DNA of 64,000 bases from a virus (taxonomy: Duplodnaviria > Caudoviricetes): positions 1-64,000 of IMG/VR virus record IMGVR_UViG_3300028048_000060, one strand, 5' to 3'. Positions 17,727 through 27,139 of the stretch are shown piece by piece (positions within the stretch are counted from its first letter, which is position 1; every line of letters starts with the position of its first letter). The notes under the pieces are model-generated. The model was not told the DNA's origin, ran no database searches, and was given only the letters and a program-made list of their open reading frames with translations. The translations under genes and the position numbers were made by a program.

Positions 17727-20700
17727 TAAAAGCATTCCTCAATAGCAAAACTGAAAATTCCCTCAGTAGCACCTTCCATTACAGATGGTTTAGAGGCATT
17801 AAGACCAAAGTCACTTATAACATCCTGTTGAGTCTGCGATGGCGTTTCAACAGGACTCCAAGACTCAGAACTGTCATAGTTTTCCATCTGAGTGTCGATA
17901 GCTACATCAGGACCTCCGTATCTGTAGAAGTACAACGGACCAGGACCATCTGAGTATGGACTTGGATTTCTCTGTACAAAGTCAGATATCCAGTTTCTTC
18001 CATCATAGATACATATATGTCCATGCTTGTGATTATTAAACCTTCCTACAACACAGACATCTCCAGGTTGAGGACTATATCCTGAAAGTGAAGTTGATAC
18101 TAGACCAAATCCTGCCTTCTTTAATATACCATTGGTATGATACATGTATGCTGAAGGCTGTCTTTGGAATTTTATCCCAGCATACTGGAGAGCATTAGCT
18201 ACAAACCTTGCACAGTATCCTGATGACTTAGACTTAGCATGTTGTCTAGCAAATCTCATAGCATTAAGCATTGGATTTCCCATTCCAGTCTCAGAACCCT
18301 GAGAACTAGGAACATAAGATGGAATGCTTCCAGCACTGGAACTTTCAGCTAAGTGTTCACTGTATCCCTCAGGTGAGTATGGGGCACTAAATCCTGACAT
18401 ATCAGGAGCTGAACTTGAAGTATCAGCATTAAAACTTGTACTCTCAGTTCCTGAACCTGGAACATAGGATGGGACCTGACTTAGAGATGGAATATTAGCT
18501 GAAGACCCCATAAGTTTAGCAATGTCATTAGCCCAGTTTGTATACCATGCTTGTGGACTTGTAAATTTGTGTCCGTGAGTATTTCCTGCCATTGTTCCAA
18601 TCAGGTTCTGGCTGACAGACTTAGCCTTTCCAGTTATGAAGTTGTAAATCTTACAAAAACCTCCTGAACCCTGTTGGTGACAAAGATATACATTTACAGG
18701 ATTTACAGGAATTCCATTTTTTCTAAGTGAGTTTATATTAGAAAATACATAATTTTTAAATGCCTCAAAGGACTTCATTGGATCTAGTCTGTCTTGAAGA
18801 GTTCTTAGACCAAATGCTTCTCCTGTTGATCTTATAAACTGGAACAATCCTGACGCAGATGAAGTCTTTGCTTTAGCATTAGCATTTCTTCGTGACTCTA
18901 TTTGAATCACAGCATCTATAAACGGATTATCTGAGTACCACTTTCCATTTCTTTGGAAGATTCTAGCTTTCTTAATTGCTTCAATGCTTGTATAGTCTGT
19001 TCCTGTATAAGAAGGAGTATTAAGAGTTGGAATTTCAGGGACATCTGTACTACTAAGACTCTGAGTATTTGCTTGGAGTCCAATTCCAGGAACATAAGAT
19101 GGGATATTTTCACTCCCAAGGGAATTAGACCCATAATTATTAGAATTCCCTGAGTCGTCAGTATATGAACTCTGAGTCATAGCTAAGTGACTAGGAAGAC
19201 TGGATTTTAATACACCATCAACTAAGGAAGATGAAATCTCTTTTGTCTCAGAATTACTGGATGTTAAAGTCTTATCGAAGATTAAGTTCTTATTAGATAT
19301 AGTAACAAATTTCTTCTTAGTGCCACCATCGATGAGTGCTTTAACTATTATATCCTTAGGGTTTACTTTGTCAGGATGGTATCCATAATCACTGTCTATG
19401 TAGCCTAAAATTTGAGTACACAGAACTTCATTAGGGTCATAATTTAAAAAAGTTTCCTTTTTCTTTTGATTATGAACACTTATTAAAGAACCAAACACAG
19501 TGAAGTACAGATACTCGTCAATAGAGGCAATTTGACTCAAACCCAACCAATTTGCTTTTGACTTAAACTTCTCAAATAGTAAAGCAAACATTGTTTCTGA
19601 TATGGTCTCATTTCTGAACCATCCAGGAGTTTCTCTGCCTCCAAAGTTATTGGTTCCTGTCTTCAAGTGAGTTATCTGCTTTGTCTTTCTGTTGAACTTA
19701 ATTCCAATAAATCCTGAAGACAAAACAAACGCCTCTGTCTGAAATCTAACAGAGTCGATAAAGTCGTGCCAGTAAGTTCCAAATAAGTCTTTTCCTCTTA
19801 GACGTTCTAAGAGGTTATCTAAATACTCATTATTATAATTAGACTGAACTTTTTCATCTGTGATATGATGTTCTTCTTTGTACTTTAAAGCACCTTCTAA
19901 CAGTGTCTTAGTTGAGTCATCCACATCATCGTGTTTTAAGATTTCATTTATTTCTGATGTTGTAAGTTTCTCTGCTATTTCATGTTTAAACTGAAATCTG
20001 TTTAGGGTTGAATGGCCAACTACATTCCATGTATAGATACCTTTTCTCTGTAAGTCAGCTAAAATCTTATTTTCACCCATTAACAGTTCCCATGTTGTAT
20101 CGTTTGGGACTAAGTTAGAAACAAAAGAAGCAACATCAGACCAGTGTGCTCTAAGAATATTAACTGCTTCAAGTCCGCAAGCATCCCCTGTCTTAGCGCC
20201 TGTCACTATCTTAAAGGCCTTTACAATTCCAGTCACTAAGTCAACTAAGAGTTTTTCTACAACTGCTTTAATAGCAACTAGACCAAAGGTCATTACAGGT
20301 TTAAATGCTTGTATAAAAGCATTATCTCCGTCGTCTATTTCTTCCCAGTTAGAGATTAAAGTATCTAACAATTCACTTATCATTTTTCCGAGGTCAGGAA
20401 TAGACATAAAGAAGTCCTCAGTCCACTGGGTCAGTCCAGCAACAACTGAGTACACAAAACGTTCTAAGATTCCAAACTGTTTGTAGTGTTCATTAGAAAA
20501 CCCCCAGAAGTCATAGATATTCTTAGGTAAGAAGAAGAATACCTCGATTGCGGCTAAAGCAGTTCCTGCTAACTTTCCAGCAGTTTTTAGAAACGGTCCA
20601 AGTTTCTTCGCTATCTTAGCAAAGATCTTTCTAATTCCACTTTCTCCCTTTGGTGGCTTAGGTGCTTTTGGTTTTACTTTAGAACCCGAACTCTGAGGTT

Positions 20701-21607
20701 TCCCTGTTTTAAGTTCCTTTTGTTTATTCTTTAAGTCTTCTAAGTGTTGGTCTGATTTTACTTTCTTTGCTTTTTCAGCATCTGCTTTCTTTTTAGCCTC
20801 TTCTGCTTTCTTTTTAGCTTCTTCAGTCTTTTGTTTCTTTGCTTGTCTTTCTGCTTCTTTCTTAGCTTTTTCTGCTTCTTTAGCTCTTTTTGCTCGTTCC
20901 TTGGCTATCTTTTCTGCCTTAGAAATTTTCTCTTTCATTGCTTTAATCTGAGTTCTGTTCTTTATTCTGTTCCAAACGTTTCTAAACATCCAAGAAGCGC
21001 CACCTGAGCCTCCAAGTCCTAAGGCTATATTTAAGATAGTATCTAAGATAGAACCATCATCATTTCCATTTCCATTTCCATTTCCACTGCCTTGGTTTCT
21101 CTCGATTTCTTTTAAACGTTTTTCAAAGTCTTTCTTATATAAGTCTAAGAGTTTTTTAAATTCATTAAAGTTAGAATCTTTGTTTTTAATTGAAGTATCC
21201 TGCTCGTCTATTAAGTCCTCTTCAATCTTAAACAATATTTTGTAGATTTTGTTTTGAGTCTCAGAAATCTTTCTAAGTTCTTTTCTTGTGAACTCAGGAG
21301 CAGTGTCATCTTTTAGGAGTTCTAAGTTTCCTCTGTCTATAGTAACCATAAGGTTATTAAACAGAGAAGCAGACAAGACAGGAATTTCTTCCTTTTGAAC
21401 TCCTATCTTCATTAAGTTTGTAAAGGAAGACTTTATGTCGTTGTTTATTCGTGCTATTTCACTTCTGAAGTTAGCATTGGTGAACATTCTGTCAAAGACA
21501 GGTTTAACTCCAATCTTCTCAGGAGAGAAGTTTGTTTTGTTAAAAACTATCTTTGACTTCTTGTCAATTCCTAAAATCTTTTGAAGCTTCTCTACTTCAG
21601 AATCCAT
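17726..21607 (-). CDS. tape-measure/baseplate hub protein with lytic transglycosylase and CHAP/NlpC-type amidase domains
   Basis: 1293 aa; KA/KE-rich coil and amphipathic helices; SLT-like IQIES..NANAK...SASGLFQF; GYCARFVANAL...PGDVCV...HGHICIYDG..WISDF. Confidence 0.8.
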   Translation of the reverse strand: MDSEVEKLQKILGIDKKSKIVFNKTNFSPEKIGVKPVFDRMFTNANFRSEIARINNDIKSSFTNLMKIGVQKEEIPVLSASLFNNLMVTIDRGNLELLKDDTAPEFTRKELRKISETQNKIYKILFKIEEDLIDEQDTSIKNKDSNFNEFKKLLDLYKKDFEKRLKEIERNQGSGNGNGNGNDDGSILDTILNIALGLGGSGGASWMFRNVWNRIKNRTQIKAMKEKISKAEKIAKERAKRAKEAEKAKKEAERQAKKQKTEEAKKKAEEAKKKADAEKAKKVKSDQHLEDLKNKQKELKTGKPQSSGSKVKPKAPKPPKGESGIRKIFAKIAKKLGPFLKTAGKLAGTALAAIEVFFFLPKNIYDFWGFSNEHYKQFGILERFVYSVVAGLTQWTEDFFMSIPDLGKMISELLDTLISNWEEIDDGDNAFIQAFKPVMTFGLVAIKAVVEKLLVDLVTGIVKAFKIVTGAKTGDACGLEAVNILRAHWSDVASFVSNLVPNDTTWELLMGENKILADLQRKGIYTWNVVGHSTLNRFQFKHEIAEKLTTSEINEILKHDDVDDSTKTLLEGALKYKEEHHITDEKVQSNYNNEYLDNLLERLRGKDLFGTYWHDFIDSVRFQTEAFVLSSGFIGIKFNRKTKQITHLKTGTNNFGGRETPGWFRNETISETMFALLFEKFKSKANWLGLSQIASIDEYLYFTVFGSLISVHNQKKKETFLNYDPNEVLCTQILGYIDSDYGYHPDKVNPKDIIVKALIDGGTKKKFVTISNKNLIFDKTLTSSNSETKEISSSLVDGVLKSSLPSHLAMTQSSYTDDSGNSNNYGSNSLGSENIPSYVPGIGLQANTQSLSSTDVPEIPTLNTPSYTGTDYTSIEAIKKARIFQRNGKWYSDNPFIDAVIQIESRRNANAKAKTSSASGLFQFIRSTGEAFGLRTLQDRLDPMKSFEAFKNYVFSNINSLRKNGIPVNPVNVYLCHQQGSGGFCKIYNFITGKAKSVSQNLIGTMAGNTHGHKFTSPQAWYTNWANDIAKLMGSSANIPSLSQVPSYVPGSGTESTSFNADTSSSAPDMSGFSAPYSPEGYSEHLAESSSAGSIPSYVPSSQGSETGMGNPMLNAMRFARQHAKSKSSGYCARFVANALQYAGIKFQRQPSAYMYHTNGILKKAGFGLVSTSLSGYSPQPGDVCVVGRFNNHKHGHICIYDGRNWISDFVQRNPSPYSDGPGPLYFYRYGGPDVAIDTQMENYDSSESWSPVETPSQTQQDVISDFGLNASKPSVMEGATEGIFSFAIEECF

Positions 21608-22328
21608 TTGAGTCTTGCTCCTTGGCTTTTATCTTTTTAAATAGGTTTATCTCCAACATTCTCTGAATAGGAGACATATTAAGAATATCTTGACGAGTAA
21701 AATTCCCATAGTAAACTAAGACATTTATCCATTCTACTAACTTGTCAAACTTATCTTCTGAGATGAACTTTAAACATCCTTTAAAGGTTAAAAGATTATC
21801 AAAGGACTTAGTCTTACACTTAGAACAATTTAAAACTACTTTATTATTATAGACAATAAAGAATTTTTTAGGGTCTGAGATTAACTCACTATAAAGGTCA
21901 AAGTCTAAGTCTTCGATATCAATATCTGAGAAGTCGTTTTCTGAGAGTCGTTCAAGTTCTTCCTTAGATATAAGTTTCTTGTAGAATGTGTTTCTGTCTA
22001 CTTCCTCTCCAGTACAACAAAGGTCTTCAACTGATATTGTTTGCTGACATGGACAACCACAACTTGGACACTTATAGACTATGTTAATATCGTCTCCTAA
22101 AGTAAGTTCTCTTATCTTCCAGACTAAAATTATCTTTTCTATCTTAGATAACTTAGAAATATCAAAAGTTGTTAATCTTGATAAGGAGTCGTCAACTAAG
22201 ACTTCAAAAATGTTTTCATCCTCAGTTTCAGAAGAGCAAAACAATTCTTCTAAGACTTCCAGTTCAAGTCCAGTATTAAAGGTATCAACTAAAACTTTAA
22301 ATCTTCCAAGATTAACTAAGTGTTTCAT
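21597..22328 (-). CDS. baseplate hub assembly protein (gp26/gp51-like)
   Basis: KIRELTLGD....YKCPSCG; CSKC; C-terminal DILNMSPIQR. Confidence 0.65.
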   Translation of the reverse strand: MKHLVNLGRFKVLVDTFNTGLELEVLEELFCSSETEDENIFEVLVDDSLSRLTTFDISKLSKIEKIILVWKIRELTLGDDINIVYKCPSCGCPCQQTISVEDLCCTGEEVDRNTFYKKLISKEELERLSENDFSDIDIEDLDFDLYSELISDPKKFFIVYNNKVVLNCSKCKTKSFDNLLTFKGCLKFISEDKFDKLVEWINVLVYYGNFTRQDILNMSPIQRMLEINLFKKIKAKEQDSNGF

Positions 22329-23006
22329 TTAGATATTCCATGACTTAGGGAAGAATGAGGAGATGTTTTCAAACTCAAAGTGTAATTCCTGGCCACACTC
22401 AGGACAGGTTAACGTCTTTGAAAATGAACAAGATGCTCTTTGGTCACAAAACGCATCGAACAGTTCCTGGAACACATCTACATCTAGTTCCTGGAATAAG
22501 TCTAATGCTTCTTCAACTGAGACTTTCTTTCCATTTAATTCTTCTATATGATAGACTAAGTCTAAGAGATATCTCTCAGAACTGGAAATAGAATTCAAAA
22601 TGTCTCTGTCATAATTAGAGTCCTGGATGTTCCCAAACTTTATCTTCATCCCTCTAATATCAACTTCTTTATAATCTGAGTCTTTAAACTGTACGATTTC
22701 AGGAGTCTTAAAGGTTCTTAAAAACTGATGTTTACACTTTTCACACTCTAAGGAAAATTCCAGGTCACTATGAAGACTAAACTCTCTTATAAGACTTAAA
22801 ACATAATTATATTGTTCTATATCTAAGAGAACAGGGTCTTTTAAACAGTTATAAACAAACACTTGTCTCTTTTTTAGACTTTTTTCTAAAGGACTTAGAG
22901 ATGTGTCTAAGTCAATTTGGTCAAGTAATGTCTTGTCTTTGACCTTCCATTTTCTAAACTGAATTTCTAATCCTGAGATATTAACTGTGTTATATTCTAA
23001 TTCCAT
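22329..23006 (-). CDS. gp26: baseplate hub assembly protein (gp26-like)
   Basis: FRKWKVKD, IRE.S....F.LECEKC, CPECG......ISSFF. Confidence 0.75.
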   Translation of the reverse strand: MELEYNTVNISGLEIQFRKWKVKDKTLLDQIDLDTSLSPLEKSLKKRQVFVYNCLKDPVLLDIEQYNYVLSLIREFSLHSDLEFSLECEKCKHQFLRTFKTPEIVQFKDSDYKEVDIRGMKIKFGNIQDSNYDRDILNSISSSERYLLDLVYHIEELNGKKVSVEEALDLFQELDVDVFQELFDAFCDQRASCSFSKTLTCPECGQELHFEFENISSFFPKSWNI

Positions 23007-23015
23007 TTCTAATCC

Positions 23016-23543
23016 TTATACTATTATAGGGTCAACAGATGTAGCACTCTTAACCTGGACATCAAACTCTAAGACTTGTGCTTCTGAGTCATTTGAGAAC
23101 TTTAATGCTGATACTGTTGTTATATAACAGTTATCTATTTGAAGAACTAACTTTTCTTCCTCGTCATCTATGTGGTCTGCTAACTTATAGAGACTTATCT
23201 TGAACTTATAATCATCAAAGTATGCCTCTCTTTCTCCTGACACGTACTTCACAAACTTGTTATAAAGTTCTAAGTTGTTGAAGTCTCTAAAGTTAAAAGT
23301 AAACACAACAGGTTCCCAAATACCCATAGCAACCCTGTGTCTATCTAAGACATAGTGCTCTATAAAAGAACTCACACCAACCTGAGGAACTTCAAAACCT
23401 TTTATATAAAGATTAACATCTAAGTTTCTAAGTCCACACTCTGAAGCTAACGGACTCTCCATTTCCAGTCTTACATCAAAGTTGTTGTTAAAAGTCCACT
23501 TAGTTCGTTGAATCTCAGAAACCGCATCATGGAGACTTTTCAT
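23016..23543 (-). CDS. tail tube protein paralogue (gp19/gp54-like)
   Basis: NNFDV...F.FNFRD...YITTVSALKFSND....LEFDV; structural operon context. Confidence 0.6.
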   Translation of the reverse strand: MKSLHDAVSEIQRTKWTFNNNFDVRLEMESPLASECGLRNLDVNLYIKGFEVPQVGVSSFIEHYVLDRHRVAMGIWEPVVFTFNFRDFNNLELYNKFVKYVSGEREAYFDDYKFKISLYKLADHIDDEEEKLVLQIDNCYITTVSALKFSNDSEAQVLEFDVQVKSATSVDPIIV

Positions 23544-23555
23544 TATCTAACTCCT

Positions 23556-23900
23556 TTATGACAGTCTCTGTTCTAATGCTTCTATTCTTCTAAGAAGTTC
23601 TTTAAGTGAGACAATTTGAACTAAAGACCACTGATTGGATACACCTGGTGTCTGGTCGTTGTTTCCATCTATGAGACTTCTGTAGATTTTTCCATTATAC
23701 TGGACATACTCATCCAGTTCATAGTTCTTAGAAGGGTTCCATTCTTCCAGGTCATTTCCAATAACAACATCACTTAGAGATTTCAGTTCCCTGATTTCTC
23801 TTTTGAGTCTAAAAGGACCTCTATTAAGAACTGTCTCAGAAGGGACTTGGTTATTTTTAACCCTGTAGTTTTCAAAATATTGTTCTAAAGTACAAAACAT
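23556..23900 (-). CDS. small virion protein with CBM5/12-like carbohydrate-binding module
   Basis: EWNPSKNY...EYVQYNGKIYRS....N...PG....W; C-terminal coiled coil. Confidence 0.65.
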   Translation of the reverse strand: MFCTLEQYFENYRVKNNQVPSETVLNRGPFRLKREIRELKSLSDVVIGNDLEEWNPSKNYELDEYVQYNGKIYRSLIDGNNDQTPGVSNQWSLVQIVSLKELLRRIEALEQRLS

Positions 23901-23971
23901 AATAAATCCTTATTTTATTGTTATTTATTTAAATATATAATAATAAACACCTAAACACTAAGGAGAAAACT

Positions 23972-24166
23972 ATGAAACATGTAGATGTGATCAAAAAGGT
24001 TATCTTTTCAGGATTAGCTAAAGGACTGGAAACATTTGAGTTTAATGCAGATGGATATGACTATTTCTTTGACTTTTCATATGGAAAGACATCTGTTAAC
24101 GTCTCAAAGAATGGTCTTAGTCTGTTTGACTTAGTCTTTGACAATGTAGAAGCACTGGATTTTTGA
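23972..24166 (+). CDS. hypothetical protein
   Basis: RBS AAGGAG; 64 aa. Confidence 0.55.
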   Translation: MKHVDVIKKVIFSGLAKGLETFEFNADGYDYFFDFSYGKTSVNVSKNGLSLFDLVFDNVEALDF

Positions 24167-24211
24167 GTCTGCTTAAGTCAAACAAAAGTTTGACTTTAAT
24201 TCAAAAAAATC

Positions 24212-24240
24212 TTGAAACTGAGAGTGAAATGAGTTATAAT
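24212..24240 (+). promoter_or_regulatory. sigma70-type promoter
   Basis: TTGAAA-17-TATAAT; upstream palindrome-like site 24189-24205. Confidence 0.75.
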
Positions 24241-24253
24241 ATTATTAGAGGTA

Positions 24254-25003
24254 ATGAAAATGGGAAAAGAATCTAAAGCGCAAAATGCACTCTCAGTATC
24301 AAGGATACAGTGCTTCAATCAATGTAAGTACAAGTTTAGACTTTCTTATATAGACAAAGTCGAACAGGAAAGATTTGACTTTTTCAAGAAAGGTTCCAAG
24401 ATTCACTCTGAGTTCGAGAAACTTACAAGAGAGAACATAGACTCTGTTAAGACTTCTCCAGACTCTTCTTCAGTTGTTAAAAACTTCTTAGTATCCACAA
24501 CAGGAAGGAAACACTTAGAAACTATCTTAGACTCTCAAAGGGAAGTGAGAGTGGGTCTCAAAATCGAAGATAACAAGGTAATCCCTTGTGACTACAATGA
24601 CAAAGACTGTTTCTTCCATGGAATTATAGACGTCCTTAATCTTAAAGAGAAGACAATCTTAGATTACAAGACAGGTTCCAGGAAGACTTATAAAGACCAG
24701 GATTGGACTCAGTTAGAGTATTATAGTGCATGGTTATTTCTTAACTCAGATTTTGACGAGATTAAAATCTCCTATCTCTATGTAGAACACAATCATGAAA
24801 ATTCTAAGGTTATTAAAAGAGAAGAATTAAATGGAATCTTAAAGAGGATTTTAACTAATGCTATTGAGATAAAGAAATTTAATGAAAATCCTTCAGAAGA
24901 ACACAATGTCTCCTGGATGTGTGAGTATTGCTCTTGCAGAAAACACTGTAAGTTCTTTCAGGAAAATAAAGGTTTGGAAAATATCGAATTTGAAACGTTT
25001 TAA
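24254..25003 (+). CDS. Cas4/RecB-like PD-(D/E)XK exonuclease with Fe-S cysteines
   Basis: S.SRI.CF.QC; G..IH; GIIDV...ILDYKTG; QL..Y; C-terminal CEYCSCRKHC. Confidence 0.85.
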   Translation: MKMGKESKAQNALSVSRIQCFNQCKYKFRLSYIDKVEQERFDFFKKGSKIHSEFEKLTRENIDSVKTSPDSSSVVKNFLVSTTGRKHLETILDSQREVRVGLKIEDNKVIPCDYNDKDCFFHGIIDVLNLKEKTILDYKTGSRKTYKDQDWTQLEYYSAWLFLNSDFDEIKISYLYVEHNHENSKVIKREELNGILKRILTNAIEIKKFNENPSEEHNVSWMCEYCSCRKHCKFFQENKGLENIEFETF

Positions 25004-25021
25004 GAATCATGGAGTTTATAA

Positions 25022-25300
25022 ATGAAGACTAAGAAAAAGATTAAGAAGATTTTAAAGCATTTTGATTTTGAAAAGGTCCATAATGTGATGGAGCATTTAA
25101 ACTGGGGTTGGAAAGATACTGATGGAAAAGTTCCAAATATAGACCAACTCAAGGAATTAGCAGAAAAACTTCTTTATGAAGTCTCAGAAAAGGATGAGTT
25201 TTATAACATATCAACTGGAGGATTTAGAGCCTTTAAGTATGAAAATGGGTCTTTGGAATTGGAATTCGTTGTAACGGATTGGATGATTGAGGAAGACTAA
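25022..25300 (+). CDS. hypothetical protein
   Basis: FDFEKVH.VM..LNW.W...STGGF motif; RBS GGAG. Confidence 0.65.
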   Translation: MKTKKKIKKILKHFDFEKVHNVMEHLNWGWKDTDGKVPNIDQLKELAEKLLYEVSEKDEFYNISTGGFRAFKYENGSLELEFVVTDWMIEED

Positions 25301-25432
25301 TTCATATCATTTTAATATGGTTTAATTCATATCACTTTGATATGATTTAATTCATATTGGTTTAATATGTTTTAAAATGATTAAATTCATATCACTTTGA
25401 TATGTTTTAATTCATATCACTTTGATATGATT
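25298..25432. repeat. tandem array of five ~25-bp palindrome-containing repeats
   Basis: Consensus TAATTCATATCACTTTGATATGATT (CATATCA/TGATATG inverted arms); one 10-bp interruption. Confidence 0.92.
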
Positions 25433-25476
25433 TAAAAATAATTTAAAAAAATTTACTTAAATTAAAAAAAAAATCC

Positions 25477-25505
25477 TTGATTTTTATTTTAAGATATCCT
25501 ATAAT
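25477..25505 (+). promoter_or_regulatory. early sigma70-type promoter
   Basis: TTGATT-17-TATAAT-AATAAACATAAAG. Confidence 0.8.
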
Positions 25506-25550
25506 AATAAACATAAAGAGATAGGCAATATGCAAATAGGAGAAACGTTT

Positions 25551-25799
25551 ATGAATGAAACTTTATTAACTTGCAATCACTTAACCGTTGATCATCTTAT
25601 CAAAATCCTTGAAGCAGTTAAGGCTCAGTCAGGTGGAAAGACTCGCGTAGTTTTTGAGGAACCAGTTAAGTTTCAGGTTTGTGATGTTAAGGGGGCTTCC
25701 TTAAAGATGGCATCAGGTTCAGGTCGCGATGTAGTTATCCACGAAGATGATGTTCCTGAGGATGCTTATCCAGTTGTTTGCTTCTACAACTATGACTAG
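25551..25799 (+). CDS. hypothetical protein (TV..LI..L family)
   Basis: RBS AGGAG before ATG 25551. Confidence 0.6.
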   Translation: MNETLLTCNHLTVDHLIKILEAVKAQSGGKTRVVFEEPVKFQVCDVKGASLKMASGSGRDVVIHEDDVPEDAYPVVCFYNYD

Positions 25800-25916
25800 T
25801 CACTAAGTCTTCCTTAAATCCAAAATGCTCCTAAAAAGGAGCATTTTTTATACTTAAGTAATCCTAAAACTCATAATCCCAGAATAATACGACCCATAAT
25901 TTTTTAAAATCCTCTT

Positions 25917-25924
25917 TATAAATA
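25917..25924 (+). promoter_or_regulatory. late promoter
   Basis: TATAAATA upstream of the capsid paralogue. Confidence 0.8.
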
Positions 25925-25943
25925 AGATTAAAGAGGATTTTTT

Positions 25944-26804
25944 ATGAGTAAAATAAGATTAAACGAAGACCAGTGGGCGCCTAACATTGCCACAACTGAT
26001 GAAAACCTATCAATAAATGGACTCTACCAGGAAGCATCTTTACCTTCTTTAGGAAGAGTTATTTTCACTGTAGCACCTATACACGGTCCTACTGCCGCAC
26101 TTTTTAATGTAAAGACTAAAGCAGACCAATCAGGAATAGAAGTTATTCGAAGAGAAGTAGAAGTCTTTGAGACTAGTCCTAAGAGGACAACCATTTCTGC
26201 TGAGTCTTTACAGGATATTATTAAGCAGTTTGGAGAAGATGGTCTTAAAATGGTAGCCAAATACCTTAGAGGTGTAGCCAATCAGGAGGAAAACCAAAAG
26301 ACTATTGAGTTCCTTCAGAATAATGCTGTCAGTGCTGGAAGCATCACTATTTCAGACCCAAAGATAGTAGATGCTTGTTGGAGAGAAATCTCAATGAAAG
26401 TTCAAGACTGTGTTTTAAAGATGAATTCTAAACACAGAAGAACATACAAAGCATTCGTAGTAATGCCTTATAAGTATGGAGCATCTTTAATGTCTTTGTT
26501 TGCTGATATGAATAATGCTGAGTATGCTGACATAGAGTCTTTGTTTATTGGAAGTTCAGGTCTAACAGACTGGTTTGTAAATCCTGATGTTGAAGATGAA
26601 AAGATTTATGTTGGTCTTATGGACAAAGATGGTCTTGGAAAAGAATGCGCTGTATTCAGCCCTTATACAGATGAAATTAAAAAGACTTATGACCCTAAGA
26701 CAGGAAATCCAGGATATTTTATCCATAACAGATTTGCCATTACAATAAGTCCTTTACATTCTTCAACTGACCCATTATTGATGTATTTTACTATCACAGA
26801 ATAA
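25944..26804 (+). CDS. gp24: capsid vertex protein / major capsid paralogue (gp24-like)
   Basis: IF.V.PIHGPTAALF, FSPY, DPKTGNP....NRFAIT..P resemble the gp23 fold; LNE cleavage site; late promoter. Confidence 0.7.
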   Translation: MSKIRLNEDQWAPNIATTDENLSINGLYQEASLPSLGRVIFTVAPIHGPTAALFNVKTKADQSGIEVIRREVEVFETSPKRTTISAESLQDIIKQFGEDGLKMVAKYLRGVANQEENQKTIEFLQNNAVSAGSITISDPKIVDACWREISMKVQDCVLKMNSKHRRTYKAFVVMPYKYGASLMSLFADMNNAEYADIESLFIGSSGLTDWFVNPDVEDEKIYVGLMDKDGLGKECAVFSPYTDEIKKTYDPKTGNPGYFIHNRFAITISPLHSSTDPLLMYFTITE

Positions 26805-26805
26805 A

Positions 26806-27057
26806 ATGTTTAAAGAGTACATTTTAAAAAAGAAACATTTAAAAATGCCTTCTAAGACCAAAAAGACTCTTATTTCTGAGTCTTTAGACCCTTTAAAGAC
26901 TCTTAGAGACGTTGGTATTAGAATTAAGAAATCAGTCCCTCATAAAGAGGGATATGAAATCTCTTTGTTTGTGAATCCAAATGACTTAGACTTAAAAAGA
27001 ATTTTGAAAGATTTTGATTTTTTTGTAAAAGACGATAAAATATTTGTTAAATTTTAA
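26806..27057 (+). CDS. small late protein
   Basis: Directly follows the gp24-like gene; MFKEY...LISES. Confidence 0.55.
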   Translation: MFKEYILKKKHLKMPSKTKKTLISESLDPLKTLRDVGIRIKKSVPHKEGYEISLFVNPNDLDLKRILKDFDFFVKDDKIFVKF

Positions 27058-27139
27058 TCTTTATATTATAATAACATTAAAATAACATTTTAGAGGTATC
27101 CAAAAGATACCTCTTTTTTATGAGAAAGGAAATTAAAAT

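Noticed and set aside
21056-21090. (CCATTT)n microsatellite as a phase-variation switch
   Set aside because: A 6-bp unit preserves the frame; it encodes a Gly-Asn linker
25298-25432. CRISPR array near the Cas4-like gene
   Set aside because: Repeats are head-to-tail with no unique spacers; no cas1 or cas2
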